A DNA stretch of 64,000 nucleotides from Chloroflexota bacterium (GTDB lineage: Bacteria; Chloroflexota; UBA11872; VXOZ01). Shown here in pieces: positions 30,002 to 39,876 of the stretch (the first letter of the stretch is position 1; the number at the start of each line of letters is the position of its first letter). Where the stretch lies: the NCBI GenBank assembly GCA_964291655.2, contig OZ219801.1, positions 608,001-672,000 of the forward strand, given 5' to 3'. The notes under the pieces are model-generated. The model was not told the origin of the DNA. It did no database searches and saw only the letters and a list, made by a program, of their open reading frames with translations. The position numbers and the translations under genes are program-made.

Positions 30002-31012
30002 ATGAACCAAATCGGCATCGGCGTTATTGCCGCCGGACAGATGGGGCAGCGGCACGCCAACGTCTGCCGGCAACTTCCCGAGGTGGAGCTGCGTGCGGTA
30101 GCAGACCTGAATGCGCAAGCCGCACACGCGGCCGCCGACCCGGCGGGCGCAGCCGTCCACACCGACTGGCACGACTTGCTTGCGCGTGACGACATTCAGG
30201 CGGTGAGCATCTGCCTGCCGGACTGGGACCACCGTGACGCCGTGATTGCGGCAGCAGAGGCCGGCAAGCACATTTTGCTTGAAAAGCCTTTGGCCATTGA
30301 CGTTGCCGATGCAGACGACATGGTCGCCGCAGTGGAGCGCACCGGCATCACGCTGCTCGTGGGGCACACGCTCCACTTCGACCCCCGCTACGCCATGCCT
30401 TTGGAAGACTACCGGCGCGGCGCAATCGGCGACATCATCCACGTCTTCGCCCGCCGCAACAATCCCATCACCAGCGCCGAGAAGTTCGAAGGCAACACCA
30501 CGGTGTTGCAGTTCCTGGGCATCCATGACATCGAATACGTGCTCTCGATGGTGGACGAGCCGGTGGTGCGCGTAACCGCGGAGTCGCACCGGGTGCTGGC
30601 GACAAAACTCGGCATCGATGACGCGGTCTTTACGCTCGAAAGATTCGCCTCCGGCGCCGTTGCCAGCTTCGAGCATGCCTGGACCCTGCCCAGTCAGACG
30701 TATCGGGCGCTGGACGCGCGCCTCGACGCCGTCGGTGCCGAGGGGATGATCCGTATAGATTGCGCCCCCGCCACGAGCATGACGATAGGCCAAGATCAGG
30801 TCGAAACCCACGACACGTGGTACGGCCCGACGCTGGACGAGAACTACGTGGGCGCTATCTTCCACGAGGTCAAGCACTTCGTCGATTGCGTGCGCACCGG
30901 CAGAGAACCGGCGGTTAAGCTAGCGCACGCCTATGAAGCGGTGCGCGTGGTGGACGCGGCCCAGCGTTCAGCCGCCAGCGGACAGCCGGTCAGCCTAGCA
31001 GGAAACAGGTAA
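30002..31012 (+). CDS. Gfo/Idh/MocA oxidoreductase
   Basis: IAAGQMG, AGKHILLEKPLA, LGIHDI. Confidence 0.93.
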   Translation: MNQIGIGVIAAGQMGQRHANVCRQLPEVELRAVADLNAQAAHAAADPAGAAVHTDWHDLLARDDIQAVSICLPDWDHRDAVIAAAEAGKHILLEKPLAIDVADADDMVAAVERTGITLLVGHTLHFDPRYAMPLEDYRRGAIGDIIHVFARRNNPITSAEKFEGNTTVLQFLGIHDIEYVLSMVDEPVVRVTAESHRVLATKLGIDDAVFTLERFASGAVASFEHAWTLPSQTYRALDARLDAVGAEGMIRIDCAPATSMTIGQDQVETHDTWYGPTLDENYVGAIFHEVKHFVDCVRTGREPAVKLAHAYEAVRVVDAAQRSAASGQPVSLAGNR

Positions 31013-31078
31013 TGCCTGTAATATCCTCACATTTAAGATTCAGCTAGGTTGAGACTTGGCCCTGCTGCTGTTACATCA

Positions 31079-31129
31079 CGCAATTGACCGTTCGTGCTGA
31101 GCTTGTCGAAGTATGAACGGTCAATTGCG
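31079..31129. repeat. REP-like family A palindrome with extended arms (probable bidirectional terminator)
   Basis: CGCAATTGACCGTTC-GTGCTGAGCTTGTCGAAGTAT-GAACGGTCAATTGCG between convergent genes. Related copies near 20641, 20979, 42500, 45089, 46600, 50731. Confidence 0.85.
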
Positions 31130-31170
31130 AAAGTCAAGGAATGCCTCCCGTCGTATAAGCAGGTCACGCC

Positions 31171-32448
31171 TTATTCCTCAGCCACCACCCGCTCTAGCTG
31201 ACCGAACACCTTTTGAAACGCCTGCACGTACCTCGCCATCAGGGATTCGTCATTAGGCGGGGTCAGCCCCATAAGCGGGATGACTCTATCCACCGCGTTG
31301 GATGCATGCGGATAGTCCTCCGGACGATATTCTATCGTGCCGTCGTAGCGACACGTCCAGGGGCAGCCGCGGCCATAGCCCTCCTGCTCCTGAAAGAGCG
31401 TCATACGGGGCAGCAGAAACTCCGCGCGGCCCAGGCCGACGCCTTCCGCCCGCAGCGCCTCCCGCACTTTCTCGCTCGCAGTTCCCGGATCGACATCCAG
31501 TCCCGCCTCTTCCGGCGCGAACTCCGCCACATAGCGGAAGTAAACATGGGTGCGATTAGGAGGCACATGCGGCAGTCGTAGACCCGGTATCCCCGCCAAG
31601 TGCTTGTTGAGATAGGCGGCGTTTGCCTGGATGTGCGCTGTAGTCTCGTCGATGCGCGTCAGTTGCGAGCGGATGAAGGCGTTGGTCATTTCAGTCCCGC
31701 GGTACATCCAGCCCATGCCGTAGACGTTGTACTCGCGTTCGCCGTCGGAGCGCCGCCGTTCGCCGAACTGTTGCACCCGCGCCGCCATGTCCCACGCATC
31801 CTCATCGTCGGTGACCAGTGCGCCGCCTTCGCCACCGGGCAGGTTCTTATTGCCGTTAAAGCTGAATGCGCCGACGTGACCGAGCGTGCCGACGGAGCGC
31901 CCGCTGTACGTCGCCGCCTGCGCCTGGCAACAGTCCTCGATCACCTTCAGCCCGTGCTTTTCCGCCACCGCCATGATGCCGTCCATGTCGGCCGGCAGGC
32001 CGTAGAGATGCACCGGCAGGATGGCGCGGGTGCGGGGCGTGATCTTGGCCTCGACGTGCTTGGGGTCCAGCGTGTAAGTTGCCGGATCGATGTCGGCAAA
32101 GACCGGAATCGCGTTGTGGTGGAGGATGCACGTGGCCGTAGACGACCACGACATGGGCGTGGTGATGACCTCGTCGCCCGGCTGCACACCCGCCGCGGCC
32201 ACCGCCATGTGCAACGCCGCCGTGCCGCTGTTCGTCACCAGGCAGTGCCGCGCGCCTACGTACACCGCCCACTCCTCCTGCAACGCCATCGCTTCCGGCG
32301 CCGCCGCGCCCCAGAGCACGCCGCGCTCTAGCACACCCATCACTGCGGCTTTGTCCGCCGCTGCCACCTGCGGCCACGGCTGCACGAACCCTTCACTCAC
32401 TGCCGGTGCCCCGCCGTGAACCGCGAGTTCTTCCGGTGTCCCTAGCAT
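31171..32448 (-). CDS. DegT/DnrJ/EryC1/StrS PLP aminotransferase
   Basis: NSGTAALH, ILPVHLYG, IEDCCQA, FSFNGNKNL..GEGG. Confidence 0.95.
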   Translation of the reverse strand: MLGTPEELAVHGGAPAVSEGFVQPWPQVAAADKAAVMGVLERGVLWGAAAPEAMALQEEWAVYVGARHCLVTNSGTAALHMAVAAAGVQPGDEVITTPMSWSSTATCILHHNAIPVFADIDPATYTLDPKHVEAKITPRTRAILPVHLYGLPADMDGIMAVAEKHGLKVIEDCCQAQAATYSGRSVGTLGHVGAFSFNGNKNLPGGEGGALVTDDEDAWDMAARVQQFGERRRSDGEREYNVYGMGWMYRGTEMTNAFIRSQLTRIDETTAHIQANAAYLNKHLAGIPGLRLPHVPPNRTHVYFRYVAEFAPEEAGLDVDPGTASEKVREALRAEGVGLGRAEFLLPRMTLFQEQEGYGRGCPWTCRYDGTIEYRPEDYPHASNAVDRVIPLMGLTPPNDESLMARYVQAFQKVFGQLERVVAEE

Positions 32449-32527
32449 CGCTGACTCCTAGTTTCCACGCCAACTCTCTCGTTAGGCATCTGGCAATAAC
32501 CCTCAGACGAGTTCGCTTGCATGACCA

Positions 32528-33205
32528 CTACTCTTCGCTGAACACCACGTACCCGAACCGGTTTGGCATGTGGAATTGGATTTCGCCGGTGGGGGACCAG
32601 GCGGTGTACTCGTCGGCGTCGTGGGCGCGGTCGATGCGGTAGAAGTTGGCGCGCCAGCGGTCGCCGTGGCGGGGCGGAATGTGGGGCGCGGTCATGCACT
32701 GGTCGAAGGGGATGGCTATCTCGGTCGACCAGGCGGTATCGGTGCCGTCGAAGGAGTTCACTTTGCCGTCCACCTGCACCGCCGTCTGCAAGTCCGGGCA
32801 ATCCCAGCACAAGAGCTCGTGGCTCTTGCCACCGCGGCGAAAGACGGCGAGGTCGACGATCACGTTGTTCGGGCTGACCTCGAACTCGAGAAACGACCAC
32901 TCGTCGCAATCGTCGTCCAGAAAGACTTCCACGACCTCCTCATCCCACAGGGGTTCATCTCGTTCCTTTAGAGTGCCCCAAATGTAGGGGTCCTCTGCCT
33001 CAAAGCCCACGTAAAGGTACGTATCGTCCCAGAGCGCCCGCACCACGGTAGGATAACGCGGCGCGTCACCCGTGACGGTCTCGACAAGCTGCATCTGCTC
33101 GGCCTGCTCCCAGGCCGGTTCGTCGAGCGCGCCGTCTATGGTGATCGGCGAGGTGGCCCGGCGGCAGGTGTATGTAGGAATTGGAGGAAGTATGGGGTTT
33201 GTCAT
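32528..33205 (-). CDS. CBM9-like (DOMON-like) carbohydrate-binding protein
   Basis: IDGALDEPAW, WDDTYLY, VEVFLD, EFEVSP, W.TEIAIPF, WRANFYR, FHMP.RFG. Confidence 0.85.
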   Translation of the reverse strand: MTNPILPPIPTYTCRRATSPITIDGALDEPAWEQAEQMQLVETVTGDAPRYPTVVRALWDDTYLYVGFEAEDPYIWGTLKERDEPLWDEEVVEVFLDDDCDEWSFLEFEVSPNNVIVDLAVFRRGGKSHELLCWDCPDLQTAVQVDGKVNSFDGTDTAWSTEIAIPFDQCMTAPHIPPRHGDRWRANFYRIDRAHDADEYTAWSPTGEIQFHMPNRFGYVVFSEE

Positions 33206-33473
33206 TGGTCCTAAGTCCTCTTTGTGCTTTGGCAGCCTAGGTCAGACACTATTGCAGACAAGCGCAAATTTTCACCGGGTTACTTTCTTGATGGATGAAA
33301 CTTCTGCATGGCTGTTCCCTGTTAGCGAGGTGCACCGCTATGACGAGGAATCCCCTCACCCTAACCCTCTCCCCCAGGAGAGGGAACTGGAGAAAGCGGA
33401 AAGGGTGTCCTGCGCCTTCAATTAGTTTTCTTAGAAACGCCAAGTGCAACTGAAGGGAACGCTGTTTGCCCGG

Positions 33474-35777
33474 TTACGTCACATCTAACCACACCGGGCT
33501 CGACCACGCCATTTCCTCATCCTCTTGCGTCACGCGAATGTAGTAGAAGTCTCCAGTGCTGCCTGCGCTGGCATCTTCCCACACCAGGTCAATGCCATGC
33601 TCAGGATCATCCCACGTGTGGACGTCCTCGTTGTTCTTTACGACGTCTATAGTGCTGAGCAGGACGGTGCCGATGACGTTCACTACCAAGCGGCGGGGTT
33701 CATCTGCAGAAAGAGCAATGTCCGATCCCATCCAATGGCCGTTCACCTTGAACGAGAGCAGTATGCGTTGGCCGGAAGTAGCATAGGTGCGCCGCGCCCG
33801 CCACGCCTCGAAGATTTCCTTGCGCGTGAGGCCCGTGGCCCACACCACCGCCAGACCCGATGGCTTCCATATGGCGTCGGCCACGGACTTGCTGAACTGT
33901 TCGCCGATGCCCGCGTAGCCGGGACGGGCGTCGTGGTTGTCGCTACCGGCGATCACGCCCACGCGCGACCCGGTTGCCAGCACTTCCTGCAATGAGAGGC
34001 CGCCCTGTGCCCGCCACGGCTGGCGCGGGTTGCCGCGAATCTCCGAGTTGCCCCAACCGGAGTACATCTCCAGCAGCCGCTCGTATTTGGGATTGTGCTG
34101 GTGCCAGCGAAGCGCCATCAAAGGATGGTGTCCAAACGCCAGCACGTCCTCGCGGCCTTCCAGGTGGTGCCACATACGTTCAAGATTTGCCGTGGCGACA
34201 TCACTGCCGCGGAGAATCTGATGGTAGTCGTTTTCGCTGTACACGTTCCGGTGACCCAGGCCGTGTCCCTCGCCATCCGCATCCATATACGCCCACTCAA
34301 AGCCGCTGATCGGCACGAACTCTCCCGGCGTGTGGTACCGCTGCACCAGGATCTGATTGGCAGTCCACTGGTTGTCGGTCTCGTACTCGGCGTGCTCGGA
34401 GGCGCACATGAAGTCGAGATTCGCCACGTGGCGGCCGTGCTCGTACTGGGCCTCGATTTCGCCCACTGCATCACCGGAGTAGAGAGAATGCGAATGTATG
34501 TCGCCAAAGTACACCTGGTGTGCCGGCATTTCAGAAGCGCTTACAACCGGGTTCGACGTTCCGACCAAACCGTCATCAGTCTCGGCCGTGATGACATACG
34601 TGCCCTCGCCCTTCGGCACCCACGTCACGCGGCAGTGGCCGCCGTCGCCTTCAGCAAAGTGAATTTGACGAGGAAGGTCTACATCATCCCGGTCGCACGC
34701 AAAGCACACGCGCCCGGCGTACGCCGGCTGGGCGAGCGCCTGATACCGGTCCACCACTGCTACGTTCAGATCATGGGGGACACCGATTTGGGCATCGGCC
34801 TTGGCCGTGACAACGAGCTTTGCAGGCTCATCGGTAACCACCGTAAAGGAGTGGGCATGTTCGCGTTCAAGGGGCAAAAACGTCTCAGTGGCACGGGAGT
34901 CCACCCAGACCGTGAGCACGGGCATGCGGTGCCACCACGCGCGCTTGTAGTTGTGCGTATACGTCCAAGCGACGACGTTGGCCTGCGCGCCGGGACCGCC
35001 GCCGCTGCGATCGCCGAAAACCAACGTGATGGTATCACCAGGCCGCAGCGGCGCCTCAGAAACGGTCACGCGAATGCCGTACTCCCGGTCGTGCAGACCG
35101 GTTACCGGTTCGACGATTTCAGTTATGTCAACGCGACCGCTGCCTTCATGGGCAACCGTTACATAGCCCGGTTCGGTTGGATTTTCGGTCTGTGGGGTAT
35201 GGGTTTCACGCCACAGCGACCCTTCCACGAACGCCATTATGCCGCCGCCGACGGCAATGCCTTCTTTGCCCACGGTGTACGTCATGCGAAACTCGTGGCG
35301 CGAGCACGAGACCACCCGATTTGGCGTCAGTTCGCTGTAACCACTTGGGTCGCTAAACAGCGCGTGCAGGTCGGACTCGGTGCGCACCGACGGCGGTACC
35401 TCCAATGCGAGGTCATCACTGAGAATGACGCCGTCAAATCCCCGCAGCGTCGCTTCCGGCGTGGAGACGCGCATCTGCTGGAAATTCGGCCGCACGGTGA
35501 CCGTCGCCACCCGCGTCCACACGGTTTCAGGTCGCACCTGGGGATCCAAGCGCACGCGCCCACTGGCACCGTCGAGCTCAACTTCAACGTAGCGTTCTTC
35601 AGACGAGTGCGGCGAGACGCCGAGCCAAAGACCGTACGGGCGATCCGTGGGCCAGCCGCGCGCCTGAAGCGTGAGATCGGCAACCGAGCGCTGGTAATGT
35701 TGTCCCCGGAAGGCGACCTTCTGCTCACTGTAGGCGAACTCAGACGGCTCGAACAACAGATAACGGCGGTCGTTCAT
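33474..35777 (-). CDS. DUF3604/PHP-like (CehA/McbA-type) metallohydrolase
   Basis: FGDIHSHS..SGD, LDF.A.EH, GFEW, GHRNV, GSDNH, RRTYATSG, AWSSPVW. Confidence 0.85.
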   Translation of the reverse strand: MNDRRYLLFEPSEFAYSEQKVAFRGQHYQRSVADLTLQARGWPTDRPYGLWLGVSPHSSEERYVEVELDGASGRVRLDPQVRPETVWTRVATVTVRPNFQQMRVSTPEATLRGFDGVILSDDLALEVPPSVRTESDLHALFSDPSGYSELTPNRVVSCSRHEFRMTYTVGKEGIAVGGGIMAFVEGSLWRETHTPQTENPTEPGYVTVAHEGSGRVDITEIVEPVTGLHDREYGIRVTVSEAPLRPGDTITLVFGDRSGGGPGAQANVVAWTYTHNYKRAWWHRMPVLTVWVDSRATETFLPLEREHAHSFTVVTDEPAKLVVTAKADAQIGVPHDLNVAVVDRYQALAQPAYAGRVCFACDRDDVDLPRQIHFAEGDGGHCRVTWVPKGEGTYVITAETDDGLVGTSNPVVSASEMPAHQVYFGDIHSHSLYSGDAVGEIEAQYEHGRHVANLDFMCASEHAEYETDNQWTANQILVQRYHTPGEFVPISGFEWAYMDADGEGHGLGHRNVYSENDYHQILRGSDVATANLERMWHHLEGREDVLAFGHHPLMALRWHQHNPKYERLLEMYSGWGNSEIRGNPRQPWRAQGGLSLQEVLATGSRVGVIAGSDNHDARPGYAGIGEQFSKSVADAIWKPSGLAVVWATGLTRKEIFEAWRARRTYATSGQRILLSFKVNGHWMGSDIALSADEPRRLVVNVIGTVLLSTIDVVKNNEDVHTWDDPEHGIDLVWEDASAGSTGDFYYIRVTQEDEEMAWSSPVWLDVT

Positions 35778-35870
35778 GTCATTCTCCTTTGGAGCGAATC
35801 GAGAACGCCGAACCTACACTACAGGCAGATCCGGCGTGCCGATAGTACGCAAGGTGGCGGAAAGTTTCCG

Positions 35871-36803
35871 TTAGTGCTTTTGCGTGGCCTCTACCGTCGC
35901 AGCACAGTCACTAAGAGTCTCACTTGTCAAGCGCGACCACGTGTCGAGTTCGTGCAGCGACTGTTCGTCAATTGGCGTGACCGGCTGGCGCACAGTGGGA
36001 TGGTCAATGGCTCCCGCGCGGACGAGAAGGTGCTTGGCGGATTGAATGAACGACTGCAGATTGCCTCCCTTCGCCACGAGCACCGGCAGCATGGCGGCAT
36101 AGATGGCGCGAGCAGTCTCAATGTCGCCGTCCACGTAGCGATCGTATACTTGTCTCATCGGTCCAATGGCATCGGTGCCGGGCATGCAGCCAACGGCGCC
36201 GCGCTCCAGCGCCTCGATGAAACCGATGCCGCCCCAGCCCACGAGCATTTTGAGCTGAGCGCCGCATTGCTCTTTGAGCGCTTCCATCAGCGGCCAGGAG
36301 GGCTGCGCCTCCAGCTTGACGTATTGGATGTTCGGGCACTGCTCCGCCATCTGCGCGATCACGCCGGCCGATAGGCCGTAGCCCACCACCTGCGGGCAGT
36401 CCTGCACCATGATGGGCACGTCGACGGCCTCGGCAACAGCGGCATAGAATTGCTGAACACCAGACATGTCTACGGGGCCGGGCGGCGGCAATACCATTAG
36501 TCCGGCCACGTCCGCTTCCACAAGCCACCGCGCCATGCGCCCGGCTTCAACCGTGGACGCCGCTTGCAGGCCGGATAGCACTGGCACCCGGCCGTCCACT
36601 TGCGCCACGACGGTCTGCACGATGCGTTGCTTCTCTTCCTCGCTCAGACGATTGGTCTCGCTGGCAAGGCCCAAGCACACGATGGAGTGCGTTCCTTCTG
36701 CTATCACATAGTAGGCCAGGCGCCGCAAACTGTCGTAGTCCACGGACTCATCCGGATAGAACGGCGTGCAAAGGACCGCCAGCACACCATGAAAGTTGCT
36801 CAT
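35871..36803 (-). CDS. Dihydrodipicolinate synthase-family aldolase/dehydratase
   Basis: TPF...VD, GLASE in place of GTTGE, MVQD, Schiff-base YVKLE. Confidence 0.9.
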   Translation of the reverse strand: MSNFHGVLAVLCTPFYPDESVDYDSLRRLAYYVIAEGTHSIVCLGLASETNRLSEEEKQRIVQTVVAQVDGRVPVLSGLQAASTVEAGRMARWLVEADVAGLMVLPPPGPVDMSGVQQFYAAVAEAVDVPIMVQDCPQVVGYGLSAGVIAQMAEQCPNIQYVKLEAQPSWPLMEALKEQCGAQLKMLVGWGGIGFIEALERGAVGCMPGTDAIGPMRQVYDRYVDGDIETARAIYAAMLPVLVAKGGNLQSFIQSAKHLLVRAGAIDHPTVRQPVTPIDEQSLHELDTWSRLTSETLSDCAATVEATQKH

Positions 36804-36910
36804 GCCTTCCCTTTCACTAAGAATTCTTGCCAGTCTTCGTGACATAGATGACGGAGAAGCCCGATATTTGTTGCCTTAGACTCGATAACTATGCAGGACT
36901 GTGTTTCATG

Positions 36911-37008
36911 GCATTCCGAGCGCAGCGAGGAATCTAGAAATACCCGCACTCTAGATTCTTCGTCGCGGAGTTTATCCTGAGCCTGCCGAAGGGCTCCTCA
37001 GAATGACA
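36911..37008. repeat. REP-B/REP-A composite
   Basis: CATTCCGAGCGCAGCGAGGAATCTAG...CTAGATTCTTCG...CTGAGCCTGCCGAAGGG...GAATGACA. Confidence 0.75.
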
Positions 37009-37184
37009 GATTGGGAACCGCTTTGGGCGCGAGTGCATCCGACGCTTCACACATCTGCACGATGTGAGTCCAATCCTACTAATTCCGCCGAAGCCTACCA
37101 TCGTCTTGCTTGGCACTCTTGCATACCCACGCCGGCGGGGATCTGTCGACCTAACTGCCAAAATGCACGCTGCGGAGGAGTGCC

Positions 37185-38471
37185 TTACTTCTGCGCAGGC
37201 GCTTCAAAAGGTACCACTTCTACTTCCTCAATCCCCTCGTCTGCCGTAAAGCGCCAGACGCCAATGTGACCCCGCCGCAAATCTCCGTTTTCGTCCCAGT
37301 CCAACGTCGTTGCCGCACCCTCGTAGTTGATTTCTCCACCTTCCGCCAACTCCTGCAGTCCTGCGGCAATACTCTCCACTCCGGCAGTCACAACCACACC
37401 GGGCCCGCTGCCGACGGCGCGCAACTGGTCACGAATGGCGGCGCCATCCACGCTGCCGGCGGCCTGGGCCGCGAACGCCAGGGCAATCGTGGCGTCGTAC
37501 GTCTCCTTTACGTAACCGTATTCCGGCACCGCCCCATACTCTGCGGCATATGCTTCCTCCCACGCAGCCTTGGAGACGCTCTTAGGGTCGGATGCGCCTG
37601 CCGTACCGTACATGCCGCCGAGGTGCTCGCCGCCAATCTCCTGCACCAATCTGGGGCTCTTCAGGGAGTCGCCGAACGTGAACTGGTTGTAGAGGTCATG
37701 GGCGATTGCCTCCCGGACGATGACTATGCCCTCATCTCCAAAGGTGATGACGACGAGCGCCTGCGCGCCCGCGCTGGCGGTTTGACGCAGCGCGGGGAGG
37801 AAAGAAGCCTGGTTGGGGTCAATCGCAACTACCGTGGCCTCGCCCTCCCAGGCAGCGGCAAAAGCGGCCGCTAGTCCCTGCCCCCAGGCGTCATCACGGT
37901 AGATGACGCCAACGTTGGTGAAGCCGCGTTCCCGCGTGACCCGCGCCAGCACGGGGCCTTGGGCCGTATCGGAAAGAGACACTCGGAAGAGAAAATCCTC
38001 GTCCACCACTGCTGTCAGGAGAGGAGAGGTGGCAGAGGGGCTGATGAACGGAATGCCCGCCGGACCGGCAACGTTTTCTGCCACCGGAAGCGTGTTCGCG
38101 CTGGTGCCGGGACCGACAATCGCGTGGACGCCCTCAACCTCCACTAAGCGCCGCGCCTCCTTGACCGCAACCTCCGGATCAAGAGTGGAATCCGCCATCA
38201 CCACCTCCACCGGGCGCCCAAATACCCCGCCGGCGGCGTTGATGTGCTTAATGGCTAATTCGAAGGACCGTCGCCGAACAAGGTCCCGGTCGGGCACTCC
38301 TTCATCGAAGCTCAGCAGCAATCCGATCTTCAAGGGAGTAACGGTCTGCGCATCTGGCGCAAATGGCGTCTGGGTGCGAAGTTCCACCCTGCCGCAACCT
38401 GCGGCCCCGAAAAGTAACAGCAAGCAGAACACTGTGACTAACGCACGAGCACATCGCCTCAGGAGTAACAC
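37185..38471 (-). CDS. Branched-chain amino acid-type ABC substrate-binding lipoprotein
   Basis: AAGC lipobox, LKIGLL, INAAGGV.G, ISPSATSP, FLFRV..SD, YDA. GTG 38471 start. Confidence 0.9.
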   Translation of the reverse strand: MLLLRRCARALVTVFCLLLLFGAAGCGRVELRTQTPFAPDAQTVTPLKIGLLLSFDEGVPDRDLVRRRSFELAIKHINAAGGVFGRPVEVVMADSTLDPEVAVKEARRLVEVEGVHAIVGPGTSANTLPVAENVAGPAGIPFISPSATSPLLTAVVDEDFLFRVSLSDTAQGPVLARVTRERGFTNVGVIYRDDAWGQGLAAAFAAAWEGEATVVAIDPNQASFLPALRQTASAGAQALVVITFGDEGIVIVREAIAHDLYNQFTFGDSLKSPRLVQEIGGEHLGGMYGTAGASDPKSVSKAAWEEAYAAEYGAVPEYGYVKETYDATIALAFAAQAAGSVDGAAIRDQLRAVGSGPGVVVTAGVESIAAGLQELAEGGEINYEGAATTLDWDENGDLRRGHIGVWRFTADEGIEEVEVVPFEAPAQK

Positions 38472-38533
38472 CGTTGTTCCTCTCAGTTGACTATTGCAGC
38501 GGTCAACACTGACCTCCGCTCTATCTTTAATCC

Positions 38534-38556
38534 TAGCGCGGGGGCTTGTCCCCCGC
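38534..38556. repeat. REP-like family E (TAGCGCGGGGGCTTGTCCCCCGC)
   Basis: Copies near 38534, 48234, 48390 and 52893. Confidence 0.85.
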
Positions 38557-38698
38557 CTCTTGGCCGGCAAAGTCACATACATGTGACGGCAACCTACTCC
38601 GGCCCTCCACGGCTTTCCTTACAAGATTGACCCTGATGGGCAGGCTGCTGCACTCGAGCGTGCCTGCAATTTCAAGTATCAAGGAAACCTCGATTGCT

Positions 38699-39655
38699 CT
38701 ATGCATTTTCGCCAGCGGATTCTGCCGTTAACGCCTCACTCACCTCCCACAGCCGCCGCGCCGCCCCATCGTCGTGCGAAATCGGTGACGACTCCACCGC
38801 TTCGCGCCGCTCGAAATAGCGTCCGCTTACATCTGCAACATCAGGAGAAGCAGCCAAATAGACTGCCGTGTCCGCTCCCTGTGCGGGAGTGAGCAGTAAG
38901 GGACGCGCCAGCTTGACCGCAAAACCGAGCAACGGCGGCAAGTGGCGGAAGAGAGCGGTCGAAACTACACCGGGATGGAGGCAATTTGCCGTGACGCCAG
39001 TACCCTCGAGACAGCGCGCCAACTCATGTGTGAAATACACATTGGCGAGCTTCGACTGGCTGTACACGTCAAAAGGCACGTAGCGCTGCTCGTTCTGCAG
39101 ATCGTCGAAGTTGAGCGAGACCCGCCGGTGCGCCCCGGAACTGACAGTTACAACCCGCGCCGGCGCGCTGGCCTTGAGGTGGTCGAGCAGAAGGTTGGTG
39201 AGCAAGAACGGCGCGAGGTGGTTGACCGCGAAGACGAGCTCCAGTCCGTTCTCGGCTGTCTCACGCCGCTCCCAAGGTGTTACACCCGCGTTGTTGACCA
39301 GCACGTCGAGCCGGTCGCACTTCTCCTGAATGGCCGCGGCCGCCTCGCGCACCTCGTGTTGCGAACTGAAATCGGCCACAACCAGCGAAACGGCATCGTT
39401 GCCCGTTTGCGCCTTTATGTCTTCCACCGCGGCAGTCCCGCGCGCCTCGCTCCGGCACACCAGCACCACCGTTGCCCCCATGCGCGCCAAAGCGAGGGCA
39501 GTCTCCTTACCAATGCCGGAGTTTGCGCCGGTGATCGCGCAGACTTTGCCCCGCATATCGACTGCGATGGGTGCAAGCTCAGTTCTGCGCGTGCGGCCAA
39601 TGGCTCTGAGGCCCACGCCTAGGTTGGATACTGCAGCCCGTACTTTCATTAGCAT
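38699..39655 (-). CDS. SDR oxidoreductase (retinol dehydrogenase-like)
   Basis: TGANSGIG, NNAG, VNHLAPFLL, YSQSK, HPG.V.T. Start uncertain. Confidence 0.93.
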   Translation of the reverse strand: MLMKVRAAVSNLGVGLRAIGRTRRTELAPIAVDMRGKVCAITGANSGIGKETALALARMGATVVLVCRSEARGTAAVEDIKAQTGNDAVSLVVADFSSQHEVREAAAAIQEKCDRLDVLVNNAGVTPWERRETAENGLELVFAVNHLAPFLLTNLLLDHLKASAPARVVTVSSGAHRRVSLNFDDLQNEQRYVPFDVYSQSKLANVYFTHELARCLEGTGVTANCLHPGVVSTALFRHLPPLLGFAVKLARPLLLTPAQGADTAVYLAASPDVADVSGRYFERREAVESSPISHDDGAARRLWEVSEALTAESAGENA

Positions 39656-39777
39656 TAGTGAACTCTCAAACAATCGCGCACATTCAATTGGCGACGGAAA
39701 CAATCCGGCGTGTTGAATTGGCAGCTACTGGGACTCGAATGCTGTTTTCTGTCTTATAGAGTGAGGATCGCATAGTC

Positions 39778-39866
39778 CGTCATTCCAGCGAAGAGCCTGC
39801 CCCGTGCTTGATATGGGGCCGGAATCCCACTCCTCGGATTCTCTGGACTCCGGCTTTGGCCGGAGT
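39778..39866. repeat. REP-like family C (GTCATTCCGGCG..GCCGGAATCC) composite
   Basis: Related copies near 42716, 52410, 57016 and 60469. Confidence 0.8.
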
Positions 39867-39876
39867 AACGTGGCGC

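Noticed and set aside
28773-30877. Long minus-strand ORFs (325 and 309 aa)
   Set aside because: Antisense to well-supported Gfo/Idh/MocA genes.
34095-36374. 759-aa plus-strand ORF
   Set aside because: Antisense shadow of the DUF3604 and DHDPS genes; no motifs; expected in high-GC coding DNA.
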